Source: a virus
Taxonomy: Duplodnaviria > Caudoviricetes
Direction: 5' to 3' (one strand)
IMG/VR virus record: IMGVR_UViG_3300047474_000368
Location: 1-34,269 of that record
DNA length: 34,269 nt
The notes under the pieces are model-generated. The model was not told where the DNA came from, made no database searches, and worked only from the letters and a program-made list of their open reading frames with translations. The position numbers were made by a program, and so were the translations under genes. Shown piece by piece: positions 16,869 to 25,813 of the stretch (position 1 is the first letter of the stretch; every line of letters begins with the position of its first letter).

Positions 16869-17825
16869 ATGGCAACAACTACATCAATTACTACTACTTA
16901 CGCAGGAGAGTTCGCAGGTGAATATATCGCTGCTGCTCTACTCGAAGGTTCTACTATCGCTAACGGTGGTATTACTGTAAAACCGAATGTAAAGTTAAAA
17001 GAGGTTATCAAAAAAGTGGCTACTGACGATATCGTTAAGGATGCAACTTGTGATTTTGATCCTACTTCAACTGTTACACTTACTGAAAGAATTCTTCAAC
17101 CAGAAGAGCAACAAGTTAACCTACAATTATGTAAGAAAGACTTTATCTCTGACTGGGAAGCACTTTCTATGGGCTTTTCCGCTCACAGCGATATGCCTTC
17201 TAAATTCTCTGACTTCTTAATTGCACACGTTGCAGCTAAAGTTGCTCAAAGAACTGAGCAGTCTATCTGGGCAGGAGATACTTCTACAAATGGACAGTTC
17301 AACGGACTATCTACTATCTTAGCTGCTGACGCTGCTTTACCACAAGCAAATGAGGTTTCAGGTACTTCAGTTACTGCAGGAAACGTAATCACTGAGTTAG
17401 GTAAAATCGTAGACGCTGTTCCTTCTGCTCTTTACGGTGCTGAAGACTTAAACATCTATGTATCTCAAAACATTGCTAGAGCTTATGTAAGAGCTTTAGG
17501 TGGATTTGGTTCTAGCGGACTAGGTGCTGCCGGTACAAATGCAATGGGTACTCAGTGGTGGAATAACGGTTCATTATCTTTTGACGGAGTGAAAATCTTT
17601 GTTGCTAATGGACTAGCTTCTGATACTGCTGTAGCTGCTGAGAAGTCTAACTTATTCTTCGGTACTGGTCTATTATCTGACCACAACGAAGTTAAAGTTA
17701 TCGATATGGCTGACCTAGATGGTTCTCAAAACGTAAGAGTCGTAATGAGATTTACAGCAGGTGTACAGTATGGTATTGTTGATGACATCGTAACTTACGG
17801 TATCACTAACTCTGCTAACGACTAA
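16869..17825 (+). CDS. Major capsid protein
   Basis: 318 aa, strongly biased codon usage, follows protease and scaffold, followed by a terminator. Confidence 0.8.
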   Translation: MATTTSITTTYAGEFAGEYIAAALLEGSTIANGGITVKPNVKLKEVIKKVATDDIVKDATCDFDPTSTVTLTERILQPEEQQVNLQLCKKDFISDWEALSMGFSAHSDMPSKFSDFLIAHVAAKVAQRTEQSIWAGDTSTNGQFNGLSTILAADAALPQANEVSGTSVTAGNVITELGKIVDAVPSALYGAEDLNIYVSQNIARAYVRALGGFGSSGLGAAGTNAMGTQWWNNGSLSFDGVKIFVANGLASDTAVAAEKSNLFFGTGLLSDHNEVKVIDMADLDGSQNVRVVMRFTAGVQYGIVDDIVTYGITNSAND

Positions 17826-17848
17826 TAAACAATAATTAATAAATATTA

Positions 17849-17885
17849 AGGGTGGGTAAGCCGAAAAGCCTACCTACCCTTTTTT
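17849..17885 (+). terminator. Intrinsic terminator after the capsid gene
   Basis: AGGGTGGGTA...TACCTACCCT stem plus T tract. Confidence 0.85.
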
Positions 17886-17898
17886 AATACCTTATAAT

Positions 17899-18447
17899 AT
17901 GGCTTGTGATTTAACTAAAGGTAGAAAAGAACCCTGTAAAGACGTAGTTGGAGGACTGAACGCAATATACTTCATTGACTATGGAGATATTACTATTTCT
18001 TACGACGATACCGATACAGATGTCATTGATGACTTGGGTGCTGTAACTGCCTATAAATATGAATTGAAAGGTAATAGTAGCTTTGAGCAAACTATTACTG
18101 CTTCAAGAGAGAATGGTACAACATTCTTTGAGCAAACGCTAAACTTAACACTTAAGAAACTTACTAAAGAAGATCATAAGGAAATTAAGTTATTAGCTTA
18201 CGGTAGACCTCACGTTGTTGTAGAGGACTATAATGGGAATGCATTCCTTATGGGTGCAGAGCACGGAGCTGATGTGTCTGGAGGAACAATCGTAACTGGT
18301 GCTGCTATGGGAGATTTATCAGGATATACTTTGACATTGTCGGGTATGGAAGTTTTACCTGCTAATTTCTTAGAAGGTGCTGTTAGCGGAAGTCCTTTTG
18401 GAGGATTAACTTCAACAGTTACTGTTACAGAGGGAACTAACTCTTAA
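17899..18447 (+). CDS. Major tail tube protein
   Basis: 182 aa, beta-rich; SFEQTITASRENGTTFFEQTLNL...GDLSGYTLTL; own terminator. Confidence 0.65.
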   Translation: MACDLTKGRKEPCKDVVGGLNAIYFIDYGDITISYDDTDTDVIDDLGAVTAYKYELKGNSSFEQTITASRENGTTFFEQTLNLTLKKLTKEDHKEIKLLAYGRPHVVVEDYNGNAFLMGAEHGADVSGGTIVTGAAMGDLSGYTLTLSGMEVLPANFLEGAVSGSPFGGLTSTVTVTEGTNS

Positions 18448-18466
18448 TAGTATTCATTTGATAACT

Positions 18467-18499
18467 AAAGGGGTTGCAGAGATGTAACCCTTTTTTTTT
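18467..18499 (+). terminator. Intrinsic terminator
   Basis: GGGTTGCA-gaga-TGTAACCC followed by T9. Confidence 0.9.
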
Positions 18500-18501
18500 G
18501 A

Positions 18502-18524
18502 ACAGAAATCAAGTTATTTAGTTA
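18502..18524 (+). promoter_or_regulatory. Putative late promoter (leaderless)
   Basis: ACA-N15-AGTTA-N7-ATG(18532), immediately after a terminator. Confidence 0.7.
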
Positions 18525-18531
18525 TACTTAT

Positions 18532-18888
18532 ATGATAAGGTTATTACCAAATACAGATGCTCAGACCATAAGTATTGTTCCTAGAGAATATACTGAGGCT
18601 AGTGATTTAGAGTTATCAATTAGGGAAGACGGTACTAGAAAGACAGAAACATTAGAGGCCTTAACGTCTACTATAAACGGTAACTTTTTAGATATAGAAT
18701 GTACTTTTAGTATTCTATCTGAGGAAAGTTCTTATTCTATAGAAATCAAGCAAGGTGATACTTTACTTTACAGAGACAAGGTTTATTGCACTTCTAAAAC
18801 GGATACTACAATATCACATACTTTAAATACTGATGAATATAATCAGCACGATTCCGAAACCGAAGAGCAACAATATATAATAATATGA
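18532..18888 (+). CDS. Hypothetical neck/adaptor protein
   Basis: 118 aa, upstream of the portal gene. Confidence 0.5.
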   Translation: MIRLLPNTDAQTISIVPREYTEASDLELSIREDGTRKTETLEALTSTINGNFLDIECTFSILSEESSYSIEIKQGDTLLYRDKVYCTSKTDTTISHTLNTDEYNQHDSETEEQQYIII

Positions 18889-20165
18889 GTCGAAAAAATA
18901 TTAGATCAGCTAGAAAAATACAAGCCCCTAAGGAGGTTAAAAACAGTATGAGGGTTTTGAACTTATCTGGCTATGAAATCCCAAGCATCAAGGAGAACAC
19001 TAGAAATGATTGGGTTGAGTACGGTGACAATAATGATTATTTCGCTGAACTTATAGAGAGATATTTAGGTAGTCCTACAAACTCAAGATGTATCAATGGT
19101 ATTGTTGATATGGTTTATGGTAGAGGACTAAACGCAACAGACTCAACAGAGAAGCCTGAGATGTTCGGTAAGATGCAAAGTGTTCTTAGACCGAGTGACG
19201 TAAAGAAGATGGTCAATGACCTTAAGATGCTAGGTCAAGCTGCTATCCAGGTTGTCTATAAAACCGGTAAGAAAGAAATTGCAGGTCTTTATCATTTCCC
19301 TATGGAAACATTAAGAGCTGAGAAGGCTAAAGATGGTAAAGTAAAAGGTTATTATTATCACCCTGATTGGGCCAATATAAAGCCCTCTGACAAGCCTAAA
19401 AGAATACCTTCATACAAGAACGGTAGTAGGTCAGAGAAGATTGAAATATACTGCGTTAAACCGTACAGAGCAGGGTTCTATTATTATTCCCCTGTAGATT
19501 ATCAAGGATGTTTACAGTATTGTTCTTTAGAGGAAGAGGTGTCAAACTATCACCTAAACAATATTAAGAATGGATTACAACCTTCTTTGTTATTGAACTT
19601 TAATAATGGTATTCCTTCTGATGAGATTCAAGAAAGAATCGAAAGAAAGATATATGATAAATTCAGTGGGTCTTCTAATGCAGGTAGATTTATACTAGCT
19701 TTTAATGAAAGTTCAGAGGATCAGTCTACGGTTGAACCTATACACCTACCGGATGCTCACGCTCAATATGAGTTCTTAGCTAAAGAAAGTAGAGAGAAGA
19801 TTATGATAGGTCACGGTGTTGTTTCACCTATTCTATTGGGTATAAAAGATAATACTGGATTTGGTAATAATGCTGAAGAACTTAGAACTGCTTCTATCCT
19901 TATGGATAATATTGTTATTAGACCATTCCAGACTTTACTTATTGATGCATTCAAAGAATTACTTTCCTTCAACGGTATAATGCTAGACTTGTACTTCACT
20001 ACTCTTCAACCAATTGAGTTCACAGAGCTTGATAATATTGCAACTAAGATTAAGAGAGAAGAGGAGACTGGTGAGAAGTTATCTAGTCAAAAAGTAGATG
20101 AAGAGGAAGAGTTATTAAACATAGAGGTTGAAGAAGAGATAGTAGAACCTAACGAGGAAGAATAA
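18885..20165 (+). CDS. Portal protein
   Basis: 426 aa; NNIKNGLQPS...KFSGSSNAGRF...IMIGHGVVSPILLGI...FGNNAEE...IRPFQ. Confidence 0.85.
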   Translation: MSRKNIRSARKIQAPKEVKNSMRVLNLSGYEIPSIKENTRNDWVEYGDNNDYFAELIERYLGSPTNSRCINGIVDMVYGRGLNATDSTEKPEMFGKMQSVLRPSDVKKMVNDLKMLGQAAIQVVYKTGKKEIAGLYHFPMETLRAEKAKDGKVKGYYYHPDWANIKPSDKPKRIPSYKNGSRSEKIEIYCVKPYRAGFYYYSPVDYQGCLQYCSLEEEVSNYHLNNIKNGLQPSLLLNFNNGIPSDEIQERIERKIYDKFSGSSNAGRFILAFNESSEDQSTVEPIHLPDAHAQYEFLAKESREKIMIGHGVVSPILLGIKDNTGFGNNAEELRTASILMDNIVIRPFQTLLIDAFKELLSFNGIMLDLYFTTLQPIEFTELDNIATKIKREEETGEKLSSQKVDEEEELLNIEVEEEIVEPNEEE

Positions 20166-20166
20166 T

Positions 20167-20664
20167 ATGAAAGCATTATTTATAACATTAAAAGAGCTAA
20201 AGAGAAAATCAATATTTGACGGTAATCTCGATGCTGATAAATTAATTCAATTTGTTGAGGTGGCCCAGGATACTGAGATACAACAGTTCTTAGGTACTAA
20301 ACTGTATGAAAAATTACAGACGGAAATTATAGCTGATACCCTATCTGGTAACTACGAAACATTAGTGAATGAATATATTAAGCCAATGCTTATTTGGTAT
20401 ACTCAAGCGACTTATATTCCTTATGCAGCATATCAAATATCTAATGGGGGAATATATAAACATAATTCAGAGAATGCTACATCTGTAAATGAGTCTGAGA
20501 TAAAGAACCTTGCAAATCACGCAACTGAAACTGCTGAGTTCTATACACAAAGATTTATGGATCATATGAACTACAATAGTTCTTTGTACCCTGAATATGT
20601 AAGTAATCAAAATGATGGGATGTATCCGGAGAGAGATGTAAACTTTACTGGGTGGGTTTTATGA
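20167..20664 (+). CDS. Head-tail connector-like protein
   Basis: AQDTEIQQFLGTKLYEKL...YIKPML; directly after the portal gene. Confidence 0.55.
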   Translation: MKALFITLKELKRKSIFDGNLDADKLIQFVEVAQDTEIQQFLGTKLYEKLQTEIIADTLSGNYETLVNEYIKPMLIWYTQATYIPYAAYQISNGGIYKHNSENATSVNESEIKNLANHATETAEFYTQRFMDHMNYNSSLYPEYVSNQNDGMYPERDVNFTGWVL

Positions 20665-20777
20665 TAAAAGAAGTGAAGAAGGTTTATAAGCCAAAAAAAG
20701 AAAACGAAATTAAATTAAATAGTTATTTAAAAAAGAGAGATGGCGAATCAAATAAATTGGGGAAAGGTATATTGTGA
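20661..20777 (+). CDS. Micro-ORF, 38 aa (MIKEVKKVYKPKKENEIKLNSYLKK...)
   Basis: ATGA overlap; also contains ACG-N14-AGTTA at 20704-20725. Confidence 0.45.
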   Translation: MIKEVKKVYKPKKENEIKLNSYLKKRDGESNKLGKGIL

Positions 20778-20964
20778 TATGGAGACCAACGATGCCTTCG
20801 GTGTCGATGAACAATGGTCAACATTTGCAATCAACGATTTATCTGCTCCAACTTGTTGGGGACTTGTTCCAGTAACACCGTTTACAGCAGATATGGTTAG
20901 CTATTTTGGAGGTAATATAACAGCAGATACAACACAATTTACAGCAGATAAAACGCAATTATAA
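20740..20964 (+). CDS. Small virion protein with TAD repeats
   Basis: FTAD...ITADTTQFTADKT. Confidence 0.6.
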   Translation: MANQINWGKVYCDMETNDAFGVDEQWSTFAINDLSAPTCWGLVPVTPFTADMVSYFGGNITADTTQFTADKTQL

Positions 20965-20974
20965 ATAAAATAAA

Positions 20975-21718
20975 ATGGCAAAACAAACAATAGTAACATA
21001 CCCTGCGGTAGCCTATGATTCAGGTGCAGGAACTCCATTGGCAGATGCCTTTGGAATGGTTAATGATAATTTTACGGAGCTATATGGAAAGCCTGATTTA
21101 TCTTTAGCTACTAATACGCTAACGCTAACAAAACCTGATGGCACTACAGATACTGTAGACTTAGCTCCTTATTTAGACGATACTGCAATAGTGAGTGCTT
21201 CAATTGATGGGGCAGGTACTGTAACTTTTGTAAATAGTGATACGTCTACTTTCACCTTAGACCTATCTTCTCTTATAGATGATGTCTTAATTACAAGTGT
21301 AGATGGAGGTACAGGATTAGAAGTTGATACAACAACAGGAGATGTAACAGTAAGTGTTTCTGACAATGGTATAGACCACCAACAACTATCTAACTCTTAC
21401 ACAGCATTATCAGCTTTAGGTACAGGTTCATCTTTTGCTATCAACTTTGATTCAGCAGCAACTTTTACAGCAACGGCAGATAATGCAGCTACCCTAACAA
21501 TGAGTAATGCTCAACAAGGTCAAGTAGTAGATATTATATTAAATGGAAACTTTGCTATTACTTTAGCAGAAACAGGTTCTACATTTAACAAAGTAGGTAG
21601 CACAAACTATGATGGGTCAACAGATAACGTAATACAAATTATTTGTACAGATGACACAAGTGGTAGTAAGATTTATCACTATGCAGTAGCACCTTACACT
21701 TCAAGCACAACAGTATAA
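20975..21718 (+). CDS. Fibre/appendage structural protein
   Basis: GTPLADAF..VNDNFTELY anchor-like N-terminus; Thr-rich beta repeats. Confidence 0.55.
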   Translation: MAKQTIVTYPAVAYDSGAGTPLADAFGMVNDNFTELYGKPDLSLATNTLTLTKPDGTTDTVDLAPYLDDTAIVSASIDGAGTVTFVNSDTSTFTLDLSSLIDDVLITSVDGGTGLEVDTTTGDVTVSVSDNGIDHQQLSNSYTALSALGTGSSFAINFDSAATFTATADNAATLTMSNAQQGQVVDIILNGNFAITLAETGSTFNKVGSTNYDGSTDNVIQIICTDDTSGSKIYHYAVAPYTSSTTV

Positions 21719-21727
21719 TAATAAGAT

Positions 21728-22198
21728 ATGAAAGCAATACAAATAGACGGAGCAATAAAAAGATACACTACTATTCCAAAGGCTTGGGGTAATGTTATTG
21801 GTGGATTTGATTTACTATCATCTTCCGATTGGGAGGAAGCAGGTTTTTACGATGTAGTAACGCCTGATTACGATTCAGCAACTCAAAAGTTAGGAGACCT
21901 TGAGTGGGATGCAGATAGTAGTACTTTTACTTACCCTGTAATTAATAAAACTTGGACACAAACAGTAGCCGAGTTAAAAGAAAGTAAAATAGCAAGTCTA
22001 AAAAGTATTTATAACAGAAAGTTAGAAGAAACGGATTGGTACATTATTAGAGCCTCAGAGGGTGGTACAGCCACACCTCAATCTATATTAGATGATAGAG
22101 CAGCTTTAAGAACAGAATGTGCAACCAAAGAATCAGAGATTAATGCAAAGACCACAAAAGCAGCGGTAGTTTCTTATTCTTTACCAAACCTTGACTAA
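21728..22198 (+). CDS. Tail fibre assembly chaperone-like protein
   Basis: RKLEETDWYIIR...RAALR pattern; adjacent to the fibre gene. Confidence 0.6.
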   Translation: MKAIQIDGAIKRYTTIPKAWGNVIGGFDLLSSSDWEEAGFYDVVTPDYDSATQKLGDLEWDADSSTFTYPVINKTWTQTVAELKESKIASLKSIYNRKLEETDWYIIRASEGGTATPQSILDDRAALRTECATKESEINAKTTKAAVVSYSLPNLD

Positions 22199-24579
22199 TG
22201 GGATTTAATAAAAAGTTTTTTACAACAGGAGGTATAGTAGCCTCTTCACCACCTGCAGCAGCAGCAGGACTTGACCCTTTACAAAACTTTGAAACTGTAA
22301 CCTATACAGGGAACGGTGGTACACAAAAGATAACAGGGTATATTAGAAAGGGTGCTGCTTTTAATGGGAGTAGTAGTTATATTGAAATACCTGCATCAGC
22401 AACAACTCCTTTTGATTTTTCCTCTGAAGATTTTACCATTTCAATGTGGATTAATCCCGCTTCATTAAGCAGTATAATGACTTTATTGGGCAAATATTCA
22501 ACATCTTCAGATTCACCAGCAACTAAAAGAAGTATAAGAATTACTGTATCAACTTCGGGAACTATTTCAGTAATTGAAAATAGCGGTTCTGCGGTATTTA
22601 CACAAACATCAACAAATACAATAAGTACTAATACTTGGTCATTTCTTGCTTACACAAGAAACGGAACTACATCTAATATATATATAAACAACAACGCTGC
22701 GGAATCAACAGCAAGAAGTAACACAATAAAAGATGGAGCAAATCAACCAATAACCTTAGGAGCTACAAGACCAGCCAATCCCGACTTTAATGGCAAAATA
22801 GACCAAGTAAGATTCTTTAATACCGAATTAAACTCAACACAAGTAGGACAGTTAGCAGATGAAGAATACGGAGATGCTAAAAATTCAGTTACGGATTTCT
22901 TTGGAAACGGAACAGGTGTTGCTTTATATCAGTTAGATGAGGATGCTAATGATACAGGAGTAGCTATTGATTCAGGACAAAGCGCATCTTTTACGGCAAC
23001 TTCTTCAAACTATATTCAACTACCTTCGGGAATTGATACAATTCTTAATACAAAAACTTTTGGAGTTTCTTTTTGGGTTAAAGCGCCTAATGCTGCAAGT
23101 GATACTGTATTTTCAACAGAAACAACAAACTCTACTTTTCAAATTCACGCTAATTGGACACACGCAGGAGCGTATTCATTAGTTAATGGTGGGGGTAGTA
23201 ATATAAATTTAGGTGCTGTTGATGATTCGTGGCATCATATAGTTATTACTTCGGATGGTTCAAGTTCTTATAAAGGATATTTTGATAAAACTTATAAAGG
23301 TGCAAGTACATATAGACAGACAAGTAATGTAGGTACTTTTTTAGGAGCGCACCCATCAGGTGGCTTTAATCTTTTAGGGCAAATAGACCAAGTAAGAATA
23401 TTTAACAGACAATTATCTCAATCAGATATTGATGATTTATATGATGAAACCTCACCTTCTACTGTTGATTATTTTGGAGATGGTAACGGAAAAGCATTAT
23501 ATAAATTAGATAATACTCCTGATGACGAAAGCGGTAATTATGATGGTACTTGGAACGGAACTGCAGCGTATATAGATGAAGCAGCAGCAGTTCAATACAA
23601 CGGAACACCTACCAACGTTAATTTCTTGGGTATGGCTTTCCAACCTGATTTTGTTTGGATAAAGGATAGATTTGATGGTGCTGACCAACATCAATGGTTT
23701 GATAGTGTTAGAGAAGCGCCAAGAAGATTATTTTCAAGTTCAACAAGTAGTCAATCGGGAACACCTACAACATTAACATCTTTTGATTCTAATGGATTCA
23801 CTTTAAGTTCAAGTCCTGCGGTAAACCAAAATGGTAATGATTTCGTCGCTTGGTGCTGGAAGGCAGGAGGAGCAGCGGTAAGCAATACGGATGGAGTAAC
23901 ATCAGGAAGCGTTACAGCGGTAACTTCACAAGTTAGTGCAAATGTGGATGCAGGCTTTTCTATCTGTAAATTTACTACACCATCAAGCGGTAAACCATCT
24001 TGGGGACACGGACTTGATTCCGCACCTGAATTAATTATAGTTAAAAAGACACTTGATACAGGTCAGTGGCTTATTTATGCACCTTCAATTTTAGGGCAAA
24101 AAGAATTAAGATTTACACTTGCAGAAGCGACTTCTTATACACCTGATTTTATCTCAATAGATTCAAGTAAGATTGATTTAGGAAGTTCTTCTTTTAATAT
24201 TGGAGGAAGTTCTGAACATATAAATTACAACTTCCATTCAGTAGATGGTTATCAGAGGGTAGGCAGCTATACAGGAGATTCAAGCACAAATAGAATAATT
24301 TATACTACTGATGATGGAACTTCTACGGGTAATGGTGGATTTCAACCAAGATGGGTAATGATAAAAGCTTATGAATCATCTTTCACAGGAACAAATTGGA
24401 GAATATATGATATTGTAAGAGGGGATGATTTATATTTAAGGGCAAATGGGGCAGATGTAGAAACTCCTCAAAGCAGTTTTGAATTTGATTCATCTGTGAC
24501 AAATGGTTTTAGAATTACAGATAATAGAGGTGATTTAAATCAAAGCGGAGATAAATTTTTATTTTTAGCAATAGCATAA
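22198..24579 (+). CDS. Tail fibre / receptor-binding protein with two LamG (ConA-like) domains
   Basis: YTGNG...FQPDFVWIK scaffold repeats; two LamG signatures (FTISMWI...GKIDQVRFFN and FGVSFWV...GQIDQVRIFN). Confidence 0.8.
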   Translation: MGFNKKFFTTGGIVASSPPAAAAGLDPLQNFETVTYTGNGGTQKITGYIRKGAAFNGSSSYIEIPASATTPFDFSSEDFTISMWINPASLSSIMTLLGKYSTSSDSPATKRSIRITVSTSGTISVIENSGSAVFTQTSTNTISTNTWSFLAYTRNGTTSNIYINNNAAESTARSNTIKDGANQPITLGATRPANPDFNGKIDQVRFFNTELNSTQVGQLADEEYGDAKNSVTDFFGNGTGVALYQLDEDANDTGVAIDSGQSASFTATSSNYIQLPSGIDTILNTKTFGVSFWVKAPNAASDTVFSTETTNSTFQIHANWTHAGAYSLVNGGGSNINLGAVDDSWHHIVITSDGSSSYKGYFDKTYKGASTYRQTSNVGTFLGAHPSGGFNLLGQIDQVRIFNRQLSQSDIDDLYDETSPSTVDYFGDGNGKALYKLDNTPDDESGNYDGTWNGTAAYIDEAAAVQYNGTPTNVNFLGMAFQPDFVWIKDRFDGADQHQWFDSVREAPRRLFSSSTSSQSGTPTTLTSFDSNGFTLSSSPAVNQNGNDFVAWCWKAGGAAVSNTDGVTSGSVTAVTSQVSANVDAGFSICKFTTPSSGKPSWGHGLDSAPELIIVKKTLDTGQWLIYAPSILGQKELRFTLAEATSYTPDFISIDSSKIDLGSSSFNIGGSSEHINYNFHSVDGYQRVGSYTGDSSTNRIIYTTDDGTSTGNGGFQPRWVMIKAYESSFTGTNWRIYDIVRGDDLYLRANGADVETPQSSFEFDSSVTNGFRITDNRGDLNQSGDKFLFLAIA

Positions 24580-24580
24580 A

Positions 24581-24721
24581 ATGGAACAATTGAAGATATA
24601 CGGATTCAACGCAATAGCATTAGCAATATCAATAACAGAGATTAATCCCTATCTTCAGACAATTTCTCTTGTATTAGCAATAGGGTACACAATTATACAA
24701 ATAACAAAGAAACTAAAATGA
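24581..24721 (+). CDS. Small hydrophobic holin-like protein, 46 aa
   Basis: MEQLKIYGFNAIALAISITEINPYLQTISLVLAIGYTIIQITKKLK; basic C-terminus. Confidence 0.6.
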   Translation: MEQLKIYGFNAIALAISITEINPYLQTISLVLAIGYTIIQITKKLK

Positions 24722-25002
24722 GTAAGATAGATATTAACGGAGATGGCAAAGCTGACTTTAGTATCAGCATTACACAAATAATTACAATAGCTGCAATGTT
24801 TGCTTCTATTATAGGTTCTTATTATACTTTAAGTGCCAAGATAGAAACTAATACTGCAGATGTTAAAAAGCTAAAGTATAACGAAAAGGAATACACTTGG
24901 AAAAATCAAAGGCAATTAGAAGCTGAGGTAAGAACAATTACTTTAGAGATGCGTGATTTTATGAAGGATTTAGAGTATTTACAAAGAGATAAAAAAAGAT
25001 AA
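24718..25002 (+). CDS. Membrane protein with DxNxDG loop and coiled coil
   Basis: DINGDGKAD, then a TM helix, then a heptad pattern. Confidence 0.6.
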   Translation: MSKIDINGDGKADFSISITQIITIAAMFASIIGSYYTLSAKIETNTADVKKLKYNEKEYTWKNQRQLEAEVRTITLEMRDFMKDLEYLQRDKKR

Positions 25003-25003
25003 A

Positions 25004-25171
25004 ATGAACACACTTATTATTATTATTACTATTTTAATGTTTGCCACAGCTATAATGATGGGGTTAACTGTTTACGGACTTTTTACTGACAAAGACAAGG
25101 ATGGTATTCCTGATGCTTTAGAAGATAAGTTTAAAGAACTAAAAGAAGAAATTAGTAAGTTAAAAAAATGA
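25004..25171 (+). CDS. Membrane micro-protein with DxDxDG loop, 55 aa
   Basis: MNTLIIIITILMFATAIMMGLTVYGLFT-DKDKDGIPD-ALEDKFKELK... Confidence 0.7.
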   Translation: MNTLIIIITILMFATAIMMGLTVYGLFTDKDKDGIPDALEDKFKELKEEISKLKK

Positions 25172-25518
25172 AGTACTTTACTTTAGATGAGTTTGACTGT
25201 CCGAGCCACGAAGGTAGTGGTGTTAATATGGATAGTAGTTTTCTTGCTAAACTTGAAGAGGCAAGAGAGATTGCAGGAGTCAGTTTTATTATCACATCAG
25301 GCTACAGAACTAAAGAGCATAACGAATATGTTGGTGGAGTACCAAATTCCTCACACCTTATTGGAGTCGCAGCAGATATTGCTGTGTCAAACGGAAACGA
25401 AAGATATATTATACTATCCGCACTTATTAAAGCAGGATTCCGTAGATTGGGAGTTGCAAAAACCTTTATCCATTGTGATACAGATGACTCTAAACCAAAC
25501 TCAGTTTGGACTTACTAA
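25168..25518 (+). CDS. Endolysin, Zn peptidase M15 family
   Basis: SGYR...N...GG..NSSH(x6)D...FIH, intact catalytic set. Confidence 0.9.
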   Translation: MKYFTLDEFDCPSHEGSGVNMDSSFLAKLEEAREIAGVSFIITSGYRTKEHNEYVGGVPNSSHLIGVAADIAVSNGNERYIILSALIKAGFRRLGVAKTFIHCDTDDSKPNSVWTY

Positions 25519-25536
25519 TACAACAGGTAGTACAAT

Positions 25537-25719
25537 ATGTCTGAAATAAAGATTAAGTCTAACGGACTTAGAAACGAATTAAAAGAGATACGTAAAAGTA
25601 TCGACAAACTAACGGATGCAATCATCCAACAAACAAACAAACGTTATGAGAATAATACTAATATTACTTGTTGCAACGACAGTAAGTTGTGCAAGTGCAA
25701 GAAAAACAAGAGTAGCTGA
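25537..25719 (+). CDS. Small coiled-coil protein with Cys-rich tail
   Basis: NGLRNELKEIRKSIDKLT; ORF track. Confidence 0.5.
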   Translation: MSEIKIKSNGLRNELKEIRKSIDKLTDAIIQQTNKRYENNTNITCCNDSKLCKCKKNKSS

Positions 25720-25813
25720 ATATAGAGAACTAACTAAAGATATTTGTAAAGATAATCCTCACGAGGTAAGATTAGCACAACAACTTTATATCAGATATGT
25801 CAACAACCCCTAA
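25646..25813 (+). CDS. Small lipoprotein (o-spanin-like candidate)
   Basis: MRIILILLVATTVS-C lipobox-like signal starting at ATG 25646. Confidence 0.55.
   Translation: MRIILILLVATTVSCASARKTRVAEYRELTKDICKDNPHEVRLAQQLYIRYVNNP

Noticed and set aside
22796-23397. Diversity-generating retroelement TR/VR pair in the fibre gene
   Set aside because: Only 17 bp of identity, no adenine-specific mismatch pattern and no reverse transcriptase in the genome.
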